Assembly (NCBI RefSeq): GCF_963506605.1
Contig: NC_083289.1
Span: forward strand, 44,888,001-44,952,000
From: Zootoca vivipara
Lineage: Eukaryota
Length of the DNA stretch: 64,000 nucleotides
Direction of reading: 5' to 3'
Below the pieces are notes generated by a model. That model was not told where the DNA came from, did not search any database, and saw only the letters and a list, made by a program, of their open reading frames with translations. Shown here in pieces: positions 23,361 to 35,700 of the stretch. Position numbers and translations under genes: made by a program. Every line of letters starts with the position of its first letter. Position 1 is the first letter of the stretch.

Positions 23361-24089
23361 AACTTTGTGTAGAAACATCAGCCACTGTGGAAACTGGAGG
23401 CATGTACATGAAACTGAAAACAGAATCTGAAAAGCCTTCAGATGTGATAATGCACAGGGATTATCTTGTTCACGCTGCTCTCTTTTTGTGTGGGTCATTC
23501 GTAACAGGTGAAGTGGGCCAGAGCATGCTGCTGATCCCCATCAATGATTACCCTGCCCTCTCTCAATAAGAAAACGGGAAGAAAGTGTTTCTCGGAGGAT
23601 GAGAATTAACTTCAAGGGGTAGATGACTGGGAACAGCTCATGCTGTGAAGCCCTTTCAGAGGCTCGAGAATGAGGCATCCATGAAAAAAGGTTAAGAGTA
23701 TGTATATATATTACTCATGATGGGTGCACGAACCAGCCAAAGTGAAGCAATTTTAAGCCCTGCTGGTTGCAGCGGGAGATGAGATTTCAGCACCTGCTTA
23801 ACTTCATAATAAACTGAATTGAAAAGTGCCCCTTTTTTGCAGCATCGTTTGGACTTGTTTCAAAATGTGGTAAGTGGGTCTTGCAAGGGAGCTTTTGCAG
23901 AGCAGAATTCTCACATTCAGGGTCCCATTCTTTCTTTCAGAATAGAATGTGTTATTCTGTTACTCTGTTATTCTCTTCCCTGTGTTATAATCTGCCTCAT
24001 ATAACCAACATGTTTAAGTCTAATTAATGCATGAAGGGGTTACCATGTCAGGCATAGCTAGGTCATTCCTCCTTACCTTGGGAGGAAGG

Positions 24090-24180
24090 CATAGCTGTCA
24101 AGTTTTCCCTTTTCTCATGAGGAAGTCTATTCAGCATAAGGGAAATTTCCTTTAAAAAAGGGGAGAACTTGACAGCTATG
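24090..24180. mobile_element. 90-bp hAT-like MITE
   Basis: TIR CATAGCTGTCAAGTT; 8-bp TSD GAGGAAGG at 24082-24089 and 24181-24188. Confidence 0.8.
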
Positions 24181-25463
24181 GAGGAAGGTAGTCAGGCCTT
24201 TGTTCCCCTCTCAGTCTAAAGGAGAAGCTCTGCGTGTGAAGAGGTTCTGAGCTGGTTGCTGCAGCTCAGACCTTATGGTTCTTACAAGCCATTCTTGCAT
24301 TCCTATACCAATTATTTAGGAACTTTCACCACTGTAACCAAATCAAGTTTTACTGCTTGTGATTTCTGACTGATGTATGTAAAGCACATGAACCTGACCT
24401 TTGGAGAGTTTGTAAGTAAACCATTTTAAACTGGATACAACCCTGTGTTTGCAAGATACCAAAGTGTCACAGACTAGCATGGCCTAGTTTAGAAAAGATT
24501 TCTCTCTTTTTTCCTTGTCTCTTTTTTTCTTTAGCAACCTCTTGACTGATGGAGAAGTTTCCTTGGCAGTGGTGCTGAGCTTGGCTTTCTCAAGGGTAGC
24601 TTCCCAGCAAAACATCTGGATGCGATGGTCCATCCAAGAGGCCTGACATGAAACAGGGCTTCGGATTGCATCCCCAGAGAGGCAGTCCGCTGAGGAAAGG
24701 CTTGCCTTGATGGGGCGTGTCCGAGATGCTGGATAGGAAAGGGCAGCCCAGGAGCGAGCAGCGGATTTGGCAGAGACAAGGCTAGCTGTGTCCTGGCTTC
24801 CAAAGGCTGACCACCCTCGCTGCCATACAAATTTCGCTGCAATCCTAGCAGTTTCTAATGCATGCAGTAGTTCTTATGCTTAAACAGCCAGCCCACAACA
24901 TTTTCTTCCCTAAGGCACAGCAGCAAATGTGTCTTCCTCCTTCCAGTTCAAGGAGAGTAGAACTCAAGGTCAGTCAAGCTATTCTGGCACCTGAGCCAGA
25001 AAAATCATTCAGGTACCTTCCCCCCCCCCTGCATCTTTGCAGTAGTAATAGTAGTAATAGATGTTTCATTAGTGAGCCACACAACTTCCACACAACCCAC
25101 ATGCCTGCTGAGATAGTTTGGGAAGGTTTCCGGTGTGTTAACAAACCCTCTAAGTGTCCCTATTTCCAGGGACAGTCCCAGGTTTACAGAAGCCATCCTA
25201 GTCTCTGATTTGATTCCGGAATGTCCCACTTTCCCTTAGGACACACCTATTTTCATCAGAGAAATGTTGGAGGGTATGGAGTTATTTGACCCCTGAGCCA
25301 AGGAGATAAGTAATTCTACCGCCTATAGAAGACATCTGACAGCAGCCCTGCATAGGGAAGTTTTTTAATGTTTAAAGTTTTATAAGTTTTTTTTATATGT
25401 TAAAAAGCCGCTGGGGCAACCCAGTCGGATGGATGGGGTATAAATAACAAAAGTATTATTACA

Positions 25464-25711
25464 CTAGTAACTTGGAAGTCGAACGGAATGCGTTCCAGAA
25501 GTCCGTTCGACTTCCAAAACATTTGGAAACCAAAGCACGGCTTCCAATTGGCTGCAGGAAGCTCCTGCAGCCAATTGGAAGCCACGGAAGCCCCGTCGGA
25601 CTTTCGGGTTCCAAAGAACATTTGCAAACCGGAACACTCACTTCCGGGTTTGCGGCATTCGGGAGCCAAAACATTTGACTCGCAAGGCATTCGGGATCCA
25701 AGGTACGACTG
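25464..25711. mobile_element. Tc1/mariner-type MITE, apparently nested in a larger hAT-like element (~25143-25763)
   Basis: Matches 2170-2419; the flanking element ends GTTGGAGGGTATG. Confidence 0.65.
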
Positions 25712-27192
25712 TATTAAGGAACAGGACATCCTTATTTTCACTGGTGAAATGTTGGAGGGTATGCCACTGTGGCTCGTGACATCTGAGTCGTATGGCTAGG
25801 AGGGGCATATTTTAAAGAGAGTTGAACGGCAGGATTAAGTGCCGTGTTTTGGAATACACTGAAAGCAAATATGGGTCCTTCAGGAGAACTTCATTTACTA
25901 ATGGAACCTGCTGAGAAAGGAGCACTCCATAAGACTTCCGCCTCCATCATTAGCCTTTGCTTGGCTTGCTGCTTTTTGTACACTTCCCTCAGGCTACTAA
26001 TATGCACCACAAGGGATAGCTCATTGTCAGACAAGGAACAGCTACCAGCGCTGGAGTGAGGTGAAGGCTGTGGGTTTTTAGAAACAAAAACCTCCCCCCT
26101 TTTCACCAAACAGAATTTGCTAAAAATAGCAGCTCCTCGAGAACAGGCCTGCCTGAAAATAGCTGTTTTCTCAGGGAGCAGAGATTGCTTCTTCTGAAAG
26201 GAGTTGCTATTAATGTAGAATTGTCCCTCAGGCCATCTTCTGAAGAAAAAAAGAGAGGGGGGGTTAAACTTGCTGTGTACACTAAATTCCACAAAAAGCC
26301 ATGTTCAAATATGGACACCTCTCAGTTGTCAAGCTGTCCAATAACCTCTCTAGAGATGACTTGTTCAATCCTAGTTTCATCAGGAAGCATTTTCTGCATC
26401 TTAAGCAATAGAGGACCAGAATTCTCACGCACACCCTGTGACATCTGACAGCCTCGAACAACGTGGTGATGCAGCAGCTTTCAAGCAGCTTTCAAGCTGG
26501 TGGCCAGCAGCTTTCAAGCTTTTCTGCCTTCAGAGAAACCCTGTTGCTCTGAGTATCAACTTGTCTACTAAGAAACCTCAGTCTGCAGGTCTGTACTGAG
26601 GGATATGACGTTCTAAGGCAGTGGTTCCCGAAATCTGACCTGCCGTGGGCTACAAGGAAAATGCTGAGGTTCTTGGCAGACCACAATTTTTTCCTGCCTC
26701 TTGCAGCAACTGTAATGCACTGTGCTACACGCTGTATGATTTTTAATTGTCTTTTCACAGACATGCCACAGACCACCTTAATGAAGAAATCCCTGATCTT
26801 GGGAGCACACAGTCTCCTGTGGGGTCCAGCCCTTCGGATCTCACCAGTGACCTACTTGAACTTTTCTGGAAGTTTCACACTGCATGGGGAAATATAAAAA
26901 ATAGCAGGAATTTTTTCCTTCAGGGAGTTTTTGATTACTATTGCTTGTTTGGAAACAATTGTGAGATGTGAATGTACATTAAGCCAACTGAGATCTGTTG
27001 TTGTCTATTTATTTATTTACTTATTTATTGCTTGATTGGGGGAGGGGGAAACCCCTCAAAAGAATAATAAAAAAACCCATTACATGTAAAACAGTTAAAA
27101 ACAACTATTCAAAACATTTATAAAATAAAATAAAATTAGTGATAAACTAAACACAGATGAAAACACACACCTGCACTCTACCTATTTGGATA

Positions 27193-27552
27193 AAAGGTAA
27201 AGGGACCCCTGACCATTAGGTCCAGTCGTAACCGACTCTGGGGTTGTGGCGCTCCTCTCGTGTTATTGGCCGAGGGAGCCGGTGTACAGCTTCCAGGTCT
27301 TGTGGCCAGCATGACAAAGCCGCTTCTGGTGAACCAGAGCAGCACATGGAAACGCCGTTTACCTTCCCGCTGTAGCGGTAGGCCTATCTATTTATCTACT
27401 TGCACTTTGACGTGCTTTCGAACTGCTTGGTTGGCAGGAGCTGGGACTGAGCAACGGGAGCTCACTCCGTCGTGGGGATTTGAAACGCCGACCTTCTGAT
27501 CAGCAAGCCCTAGGCTCTGTGGTTTAACCCACAGCGCCACCCGCATCCCACA
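27193..27552 (-). mobile_element. Sauria/Squam1-type SINE
   Basis: Full length; TSD TATTTGGATA at 27183-27192 and 27553-27562. Confidence 0.92.
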
Positions 27553-28190
27553 TATTTGGATAGGCTTCTCTAAACAAAAATGTTTTTAGCAGGCACTGAA
27601 AACAGTGTAGTAAAGCTAACCTGCCTGATGTCAATAGGCAGGGAGTTCCAAAGTGCAACCACACTAAATGATCGATTTCTTACAAACGTGGAACAAGTAT
27701 TATGTGGCACCTGTAACAATGCTAGTTCTTATTGTTTATGTTCTTGTTCCTACTACTCCTATTATTGTCTTATTAACACACCACCCTTTCTTACACAGAT
27801 TACAGGGTAGTACACAACATGAAAACTGTGATACAGCCATTATAATTAAAGAAACCAGTTAGTTATAACACATATCCTATCATCAAGACTCAGAGTCTTT
27901 AACTGATTGGTTTTTTGTTTCTAATTGCAGGAAATATCGCAATACTTGCCTTCCTCCACCATTTAGCACGGCCTCCTTCGGATATAAACTTATTTTGTGG
28001 CCTATCCCTTTGCAACAACCTCTAGCTCAATTTTAAGAAATAAGTAAATAGTAAAAAGATCCATATTTCGCAAGCCTTCCCAAAGCCTCTTAGCAGCCAG
28101 AGAAATTGAACAGCTTTTTCTGTAGGCTGTTTTTTTCTAAGCAAGGCTGACACCTGCTGGGAAGCTCTGAAATGGCTATTTGTTAAATAG

Positions 28191-28280
28191 GTATCTGAAG
28201 AAGTGTGCATGCACACGAAAGCTCATTCCAAAATATAAACTTAGTTGGTCTTTAAGGTGCTACTGAAGGAATTTTTTTAT
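28191..28280 (+). mobile_element. 90-bp Penelope pseudo-LTR insertion carrying a hammerhead motif
   Basis: GTAT-CTGAAGA-A-GTGTGCATGCACAC-GAAA-GCTC-ATTC; 12-bp TSD TTTGTTAAATAG at 28179-28190 and 28281-28292. Confidence 0.82.
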
Positions 28281-28759
28281 TTTGTTAAATAGTGGATTCT
28301 TTCACTATTAGGTCCGTATGACCCTTAATTTTGCTACATGTGTATGATCAAGCATGGATTCTGTGCTCAGAATGGCCAGATCTAGGCCCTGAGGAAGGAG
28401 GCATGTGTGTGCCACGAGAACAAGCTCATGCATTCAGGCCGGTTACATAAGAACATAAGAACATAAGGGGTTCTTCTGGATTGAGCCAATGGTCCATTTA
28501 GTCTAGCAACCTTTTCTCACAAGGGCCAACTAAATGCCTCAAGGAGGAGCCACAATGGGATCTGAGCATATGAGCGCTTTCCTCATCTGTGGTTTCTAGT
28601 AACTGGTATTCAGGAGCATTACTACCGCCAACTGTGGAGGCAGACCATAATCACCATGGCTAGTAGTCATCAATAGCCCTGGAGGAAAAGAAACTCAGGA
28701 AAGGTTCGGACAATAGAACCCTCCCCACGATGCCGCGTAGACCTCCACCGAGGCCAAGG

Positions 28760-29250
28760 TATGAGGTGTGCTCATTAAAGATTTCCCCTGATGTACTTCC
28801 TGTGGACTGAGACAAATGAAACTGGGCACAGTTACAACTCCTTCTCTACATAGCTACCAGCAAGAACCACACACTTCTCCCATCGCTTTATGCAGCTGTG
28901 GAGACCTCGTCTGTAGAAGTTGGCAGGTTGTATCAGAAGCCATGACTTGACCTCAGAAATCAGTCTGGAAAAAGCTTGCCCTTCAAAAATAACTTCATGG
29001 TTGGAAAGAGGTGGAAGTCTGATGGTGCTTCCATTGTTTGGACTGGGATTTAGTCTCTGGGTCATAATGATGGACCCATGTTTCGTCCTGAGTAATTAGT
29101 CTGGCGAAGAATTCATCATGGTTTTCGTGACACCTAGCCAAAAGAGGCCGTGAGCATGTGACTTGTGACTCGTTCCTGCTTCTGGAAAGGCGTCAGCAGC
29201 CAGGGAATCCACAATGTGGACACTGTTGCAACGGGGTCCTCTCTGTATCC
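28760..29250 (-). mobile_element. Degenerate, internally deleted mariner transposase relic
   Basis: Minus strand encodes LITQDETWVHHYDPETKSQSKQW and FYRRGLHSCIKRWEKCVVLAGSYVEK; mariner-like terminus TATGAGGTGTGCTC at 28760. Confidence 0.8.
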
Positions 29251-29314
29251 ACAGGTAGGCAAAAGAGAGAAAATCCCAAACTGAGATAAGCCCCGAGCTC
29301 ATATCCCCTTTCAC

Positions 29315-29635
29315 TAAGGCAGTTCATTAAAAACTTCTTTTTGAAAATGCCTGCTCCAAAGGTCTTATCTTACTACACGAGGGATTATATAGCTATATCT
29401 GAAATTTCATGCATATCAGTTAATATCTTGACCCTCCTCCACGAAAATAGCTGTTTTGTTGGCCATTTTCCTATATCGTGAAGGCTGAAATTTCAATTCA
29501 GTGGAGCAGGGTCAAGATATTAACTGATATGCATGAAATTTCAGATATAGCTATATAATCCCTAGTGTAGTAAGATAAGACCTTTGGAGAAGGCATTTTC
29601 ACAAAAAATAATAATTTTTTTAATGAACCTCCCTA
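29315..29635. mobile_element. Fold-back hAT-like MITE with ~125-bp inverted arms
   Basis: Long inverted repeats; 8-bp TSD CCTTTCAC at 29307-29314 and 29636-29643. Confidence 0.85.
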
Positions 29636-29678
29636 CCTTTCACGCTCCCCCCGCCCTCATGCCAAACATACATTAGGT

Positions 29679-30324
29679 CAGTGTTTCTCAACCTTTTTTG
29701 GGCCACGGCACACTTGTTCTATGAAAAAAAATCCCGCGGCACACCAACTCTGTGCCGCCCTATATTTAGTTTAGTTTGGAGGGGAGACGTAAAGCATGCC
29801 ACTGAAGAACTGCTGCGCGGTAGCCAGGCGGACCCACCAGGCGCAGAGCCTGCGGAGCGAGCGGGGACACGTTAGACAGCACACACAGACCCCAGGCGTG
29901 CAGACACGGGCGCGCAGCTGCTGCCGCCTCCCTCCCAGCCGCCCCAGGCAGCCGCCCGCCGCTCTGGCCCGGCGAAGGGAAGCCCTGCGCAGCCTTCCCC
30001 GCCTGCCTCCTCCTCCCCAGGCGGCGGCGGCGCCCTCTCTGGCCTCCCGCTGGATGCCGACTCTAAATTTTGCCGCGACATTCGGCGACGAGAAGGGCGA
30101 TTTGCATTGTCACATGCCTGGCAGCCGCCAATAATCAGCGCTGACCCGCCGGAAAGGAAGCCGCCAGGTCACGACACGGGCGCTCGCCTCGCGTCGTGAC
30201 CCAGCCGGCTTCCTTTCTGGCGGGTCAGCGACGTGACAATGCAAATCGCCCTTCTCGTCATGGCACACCAGCCAGCGTCTCGCGGCACAGTAGTGTGCCA
30301 CGGAACACCGGTTGAGAAACGCTG
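29679..30324. mobile_element. GC-rich non-autonomous hAT (Charlie-like) element
   Basis: TIR CAGTGTTTCTCAACC / GGTTGAGAAACGCTG; 8-bp TSD CATTAGGT at 29671-29678 and 30325-30332. Confidence 0.88.
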
Positions 30325-30565
30325 CATTAGGTACATGTGAGACAGGTGAGTCATACCTGATTCACATGAGGCAACAAGATCTTGTGCTCATCTTTGGCTT
30401 TTCCGTCTCCCTAGGTGTCATGGGAGGATGAGACTGGAAACTGATAGCTGGAGACAATGCCTGGCGGGGTGATTTACAAAATACAACCACAAACTCACAG
30501 ACTAATTTTTACAGGAATCATAAAGACATTAGCAAGAACAAAAGGATTTAAGAAACAAAAGATGG

Positions 30566-30695
30566 AAACAGTTTATTGAATACAGTATTTACAAACAAAC
30601 TGTAAACAGATAAGAACATTGGCAGGATTGTTGTAATAACCTTTAAACATTTAAAGTAGATGAATAAATTATTAAGTTAATTTGGAATATGCAGA

Positions 30696-30729
<34 letters not shown>

Positions 30730-30862
30730 CAAATTTAAGGAACCGCAGAAAGAGGGGGAAGGAAGTCGAGTTTCGAAATGTTAAAATGATTGTAAAATTA
30801 TTAAAAGGTATACAGTTGAAAATCATAAATAAAAATTACAGTATATATAAATAATAACAAAC
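30566..30862 (+). mobile_element. L1-clade LINE 3' UTR fragment with internal (GT)n
   Basis: Purine tract AGAGGGGGAAGGAAGTC like the 3' UTR near 10195-10210, AATAAA, and TSD AAACAAAAGATGG at 30553-30565 and 30863-30875. Confidence 0.65.
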
Positions 30863-32289
30863 AAACAAAAGATGGTTGCATAGATTTCAAGTGTAAACTG
30901 CAAACTGTTTTGTAAGCTTTAAGACGATCAGTTGTTACAAAGCACTTAATTAAAAAATATTGCAAAACAAACTGTTACATGTCTTTATAATCGCAAGGGG
31001 TCTGACTCATGGGGATACGTTTCATATCAAGATGTATTTTATTTCAAGGCATCACAGTGGAGAGAAAAGAAACATGGCTGTTCCCTTTATTAGTTCAATA
31101 TACCTTTATGTAATTGAGGGAGCATTTATTTTCTTAGCACTTCCTTGAATTTGTCTAGTCCTCTTTGAAAGCCAGTCAAGTTGGTAGCCACCTCCTCATT
31201 GCCTCCTGTGGCATTGAGTTCCATAGTTTAACTGTGCACTGCATGAAAAAGTGCTTTATTTTATCTGCCTCGAATCCAACATTCAGCTTCTTTGGAGTTC
31301 TGGAGAGAGGGAGAAAAACTTTCTGTAGCCTCTTTCTCTATGCATGCATATTTTTACAAACCTCTATTATCCTCTTACTCGCCTTTTCTCTAAACCGAAA
31401 AGCCCCAAATGTTGTAACCTTTCCTCGTAAGATAATTGCTCCATCCCCTTCATCGTTTTGGTTGACTTTAAAATCGATTTTTAAATGTTAACATCCAGCC
31501 TTTCAATCTGTTCATCATGTTTGTTGAACAAACAAACCCCAACATCCAAGACTAATGAAAGCAATAAAAATAAAAGCAGAAGCCAGCGTTTATATAGAAC
31601 AAATCAATCATCAATAAAACGACAGAATTGTCTAATCATTAGATTATGTTTCAAAATCATTTCTCTTTAAAAGGTATACCTTTGTTTTCTTTTTCCTTTT
31701 TTTTGAGGTGAGGTGCCTTTTTATTGCTTATATATTTTGGATTAGTGATTGTTTTAGGACGCATCGTGATACGATGTTTGCAGTTTTATGCTACACAGCT
31801 TGAGAGATTTCTATTAAAAGGAGAAATATAGAACAGCAATATTATTTTAATATATTCCCCCATCCTTTGCTGTAATTTGCAGCACTAAGGGTGGCTTGTG
31901 AAAGTTTAAAACACAGCAAAAGTCAACAGAAGTTAAGCAACCAGTAAGGGGGGGATAGGTGTAAAAACCTTTTGTAGAAATGTATTTGTGTGGAGGGGGG
32001 GGGTCAGTTTCGAAAGCAAATCTCATTAATTCATTGTGGCTTGGACAAACATTTTGGCTAAGTTATTTATTAGGAGTATTTTCTATGTGGGATCTTATTG
32101 TTTCTGGGCTTGTTTTGTTCTTGTTGTTTCGCTTTTGTGTGTGTTTTCCTTGACTGGGGTATTTTTCAGCTGAAAAGCCGTTCTGGATCCCCTTCAGGAG
32201 AGAAAAAAGCGGGATATGAAGTGATTGACAGCACACAAGCCCTATGCCTGTTTACTCAGGAAGCAAATCCCACTGCCTTCAAGGGATCT

Positions 32290-32780
32290 CGCCCCTCAAA
32301 TATGCGCGCGCCAAAGACACCTGTGAGGAGAACGTTCCGCTCTTATCCAATCCCTTGGCTTCTCTTTCCCGCCTAAACTAGCTCCGCCCAGCCCCTCCCC
32401 TTCTCCCACCTCGCTAGGCCCGCCCATTACACCGCCCAAGGAGAGGGCGACCTTCTTTTCCCACGAGCCCCGCGCGCGCAACCTTCTCCCGGCAGCCCTT
32501 GCGAGCGGAGGACAGGGAGACGCTGCGGCAGCTTCAAGATGGCGGACCGACCCGGTAAGCGATTTTTGAGGGAGGGAGACGCCAAGGTGACCCGGCTCCT
32601 GTCAGGGTTTGGGCGGTGCTGGGGTTAGCTTGCTCCCATTTTCCGGAGAAGAAGTGCCCCGCGCTCCGCCCTGTTCTGTGGAAGGAGAAGGGAGCGCCTT
32701 CTGCGAAAGACGCCCTTCTCAATGCAGCCGTAGGTAGAAGCGCCAGGCCGCTGCTTCTCATTGCTGGGGTTCGCCCTTGA
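32290..32780 (+). promoter_or_regulatory. ATP5MF CpG-island promoter
   Basis: CpG-rich; CCAAT near 32346, GC boxes (CCGCCC), GCGCGCG motifs; YY1-type CAAGATGGCGG overlaps the ATG. Confidence 0.8.
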
Positions 32781-35700
32781 GGCCACCGTTTCTCTCTCCC
32801 CCCCCCCCCAACCTTTCTCTTTGTTGGCTCCCAACAGCTCTCCTTTGCATTTGTGTCCTCGTGCGGGCACGTTCAACTCCCAAGAGACTGCGATCTTCTC
32901 CCAGTATTAAAAAAAACTGGCAGTTTTTTTTAATACTGGAAGTATAAAATCCATTGTCATTGGAGGGAGAAGGAGCGTGTGTTGAGCTTTTTAGGGGGAG
33001 GGTTGCCTTGAGATGTTGAGCTTTTTTTAGGGGGGTTGTTAAGCTTTCTTTAAGGAGGGTTACAAGAAATCGCAATTGCAAGCAGCCCACCTAGGCCAGC
33101 ATCCTGTTCCCCCAGTGGCCAATCACATGCCTCTATTGGGAAACCTGCAAGCAGGACCTGAGCACATGAACAACTCTCCCTGCAGTTTCCAGTAACTGGT
33201 ACGGGAACTGGATATGAACGGGATCCGTTCCGGTGCCCTGTACGCATCCAGAGCAGTACTTACCCTGAAGTGCCGAATCTGTGCATGCTGCCCGCGCGAT
33301 TCGGCACATGTGTGTGATGTCATTCGGCACGTCTGCGCATGTGCGAATCGCTGAACCCGGAAGTAACCCGTTCCGTTACTTGCGGGTTCGGCACGTACCT
33401 ATCCAGTGTCGGACACAACCTGAAGCATATGTAACTAGAGGTATGACTGTATTGGGAAGCATTTATAGCCTCCAACCATAGAGGCTGAGCCATAGCTGTG
33501 ATGGCTAAAAGCCATCAATAGCTTTCTTCTCCATGAATTTGCCTATTCATCTTTCAAAGATGTCAGAAGTCGGTGGCCGCCTCCGAGGGGAGGTGTGGGG
33601 AGATGTTACCACTTGCTCCTCCATGGAATAGGGGTGGGTAAGTCATAGCAGATACCCACCCTCACGTTCTTTTTTCTCCCTCTTAGTTCCAGTAAAAGAC
33701 ATGAGGCTGCTGGATGTAAAAGTGGGGCAATTGCCAAACTGGTTAGCAACTCGAAATTACACCCCAGCTGGGTTTGTTTTGGGTGTCCGAGGAGGTGAGT
33801 GTCTGGGAAACATCTGATGTGGAGCATATATTTGTGGCAGGAACTGTATGCATGTGATCATCTTGCTGAATATTTAGTTTAATCTGTTCAACACCAACAT
33901 TTTGTGTGCAGATAACCATGGTTTCAGAAGTCTCCTATTAGGTTTATGCCAAGTGTTATACCTGAGAAACAGTGTCTGGATTCAGTGTACAACAGATCAC
34001 ACTTTCCATTGAAATATTCTTAATTTGCCAATGAAATAAAGGCTTCATGGGGTGTAAAAATCTAGTTGTGATCCACCTTCAAATTTTTAATCCCACTTGA
34101 TGCATTGACAGTGTGATCCAAATACATACTTGGGAGTATACCTATTTCTATTGAATTTGGTAGCATAAGAGTAAAAAGGCATAGGATTGAGCCACAAGTT
34201 TCCTCAGTCTTGTAGCCAGATCCTTTGCATTTCTATGCTTAACTTCCACTGAGCTCATTGGCACACTCAAATAAATGCACACAGAACTACAACCCTGAAC
34301 AGGCAGTTTCTGGCCTTCGTTCCTACTTATTTAAAGGACCTGTCCACCCTTCAGTTTAAAGCAAACAAAAAACAAGCATATACTTAAAAACAGCAAAATC
34401 AATAGTAGCAGCATAAAAACAGAGGCAGTGGCTGCTTATGAATCAAAAACCAGAGAGCTCTTACCCCATGTACCGTGTTTCTCATATTATAAGACATGTC
34501 TTATATTCATTTTTTCCTCAAAAAAACACACTATGGCTTATTTTCAAGGGATGTCTTATTTTTTTCCTCCTCCTCCTGCCGCGGCCGGCATTGCTGCTGC
34601 GCCTATCACTATGTCTTATTTTTGGGGTATGGCTTATATTCCTTGAATGCTTAAAAATCCTGCTATGGCTTATTTTATGGGTATGTCTTAAAATATGAGA
34701 AACAGGGTAGAGCTGGCAGTAGTTCTGAAACATTTCAAGCAGGTTTTTATTTCCCAGCCCAACTTCCTTGACGGGAAGGAATTGAACACAAGGCCTCTTG
34801 CAAAACATTCGTTCATCTGCAGAGCTGCAGCTTTAACCTGAGTTCTCAGTCCCTTTCCCTCTGTTCCTAAGCATATGTCTTAATGTAGTCATTTTTAATT
34901 GTTAAGCTAGATAAGCTAAATAGTACAGACTTCTTGTAAAATCCTGATCTTTGATAAATTTCCTACTTGGGCTATAAATCTAAGTACACTAGCTAGAAAG
35001 GTAGGTCTCATTGAGGCTGCTGAGTTCAATGGAACTAAGCAATAGGCTGCAAAAGTGATGATCTTGGACTCAAGACTTCATTTCTTTATTCTGTTAGCCT
35101 TTTAGTGTAGCTGTCACTTATTATCACTACTAGTACTATGGTAGGTGTTCCTCTGCTATCTGTATACTGTGCAGCTAAGACGACGTTCCTTTTTCACTAG
35201 GCTATGACAGATTTGTCAAAAAGTACATTGATGTGAAGAAACCAGGCATTGGTGGCTTGGCCATGATGCTAACTGCCTATGTGGTTATCAGCTACATCTG
35301 GAGCTTCGACCATATAAGTGAGTAAAACTTCCATTGTGTATACCTAAAAAGCAGCATTAAATACAGAACAGACACGTCTTTCACAATTTATCTTGTACAA
35401 TTTCAACTTTACATGATAAATGCATGCAAAGCAGGTATCTTTTAACCTCCCTCCCTTGCTTACTGGGCAAGCCCTGCTCAGCAGGCAAGCTCTGGGATGC
35501 TCTTGCAAGATACTGCGGGGCCGTCCCAGGTTCCCACAAGAACTTGCATGACCCCCATCAGGCTTCCAGAGCTAACATGATGTGATGGCCTTGCTTGGGG
35601 GACAAGGCCAACTCAGTGCACTGGCTCTGGAAATGTAAGGACACTAATGGGTGGTTAAAGTATATCACTTTTTGCATCCCTGCGTAAGATGTTGTACTGT

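Noticed and set aside
24045-24470. Second solo LTR (TG...CA)
   Set aside because: No matching TSD and no clear TATA or AATAAA.
1-32280. Many 60-150 aa ORFs in the ORF track as host genes
   Set aside because: They fall in repeats, on the antisense strand of repeats or in microsatellites; I found no recognisable domain or consistent exon chain. A short or divergent exon could still have been missed.
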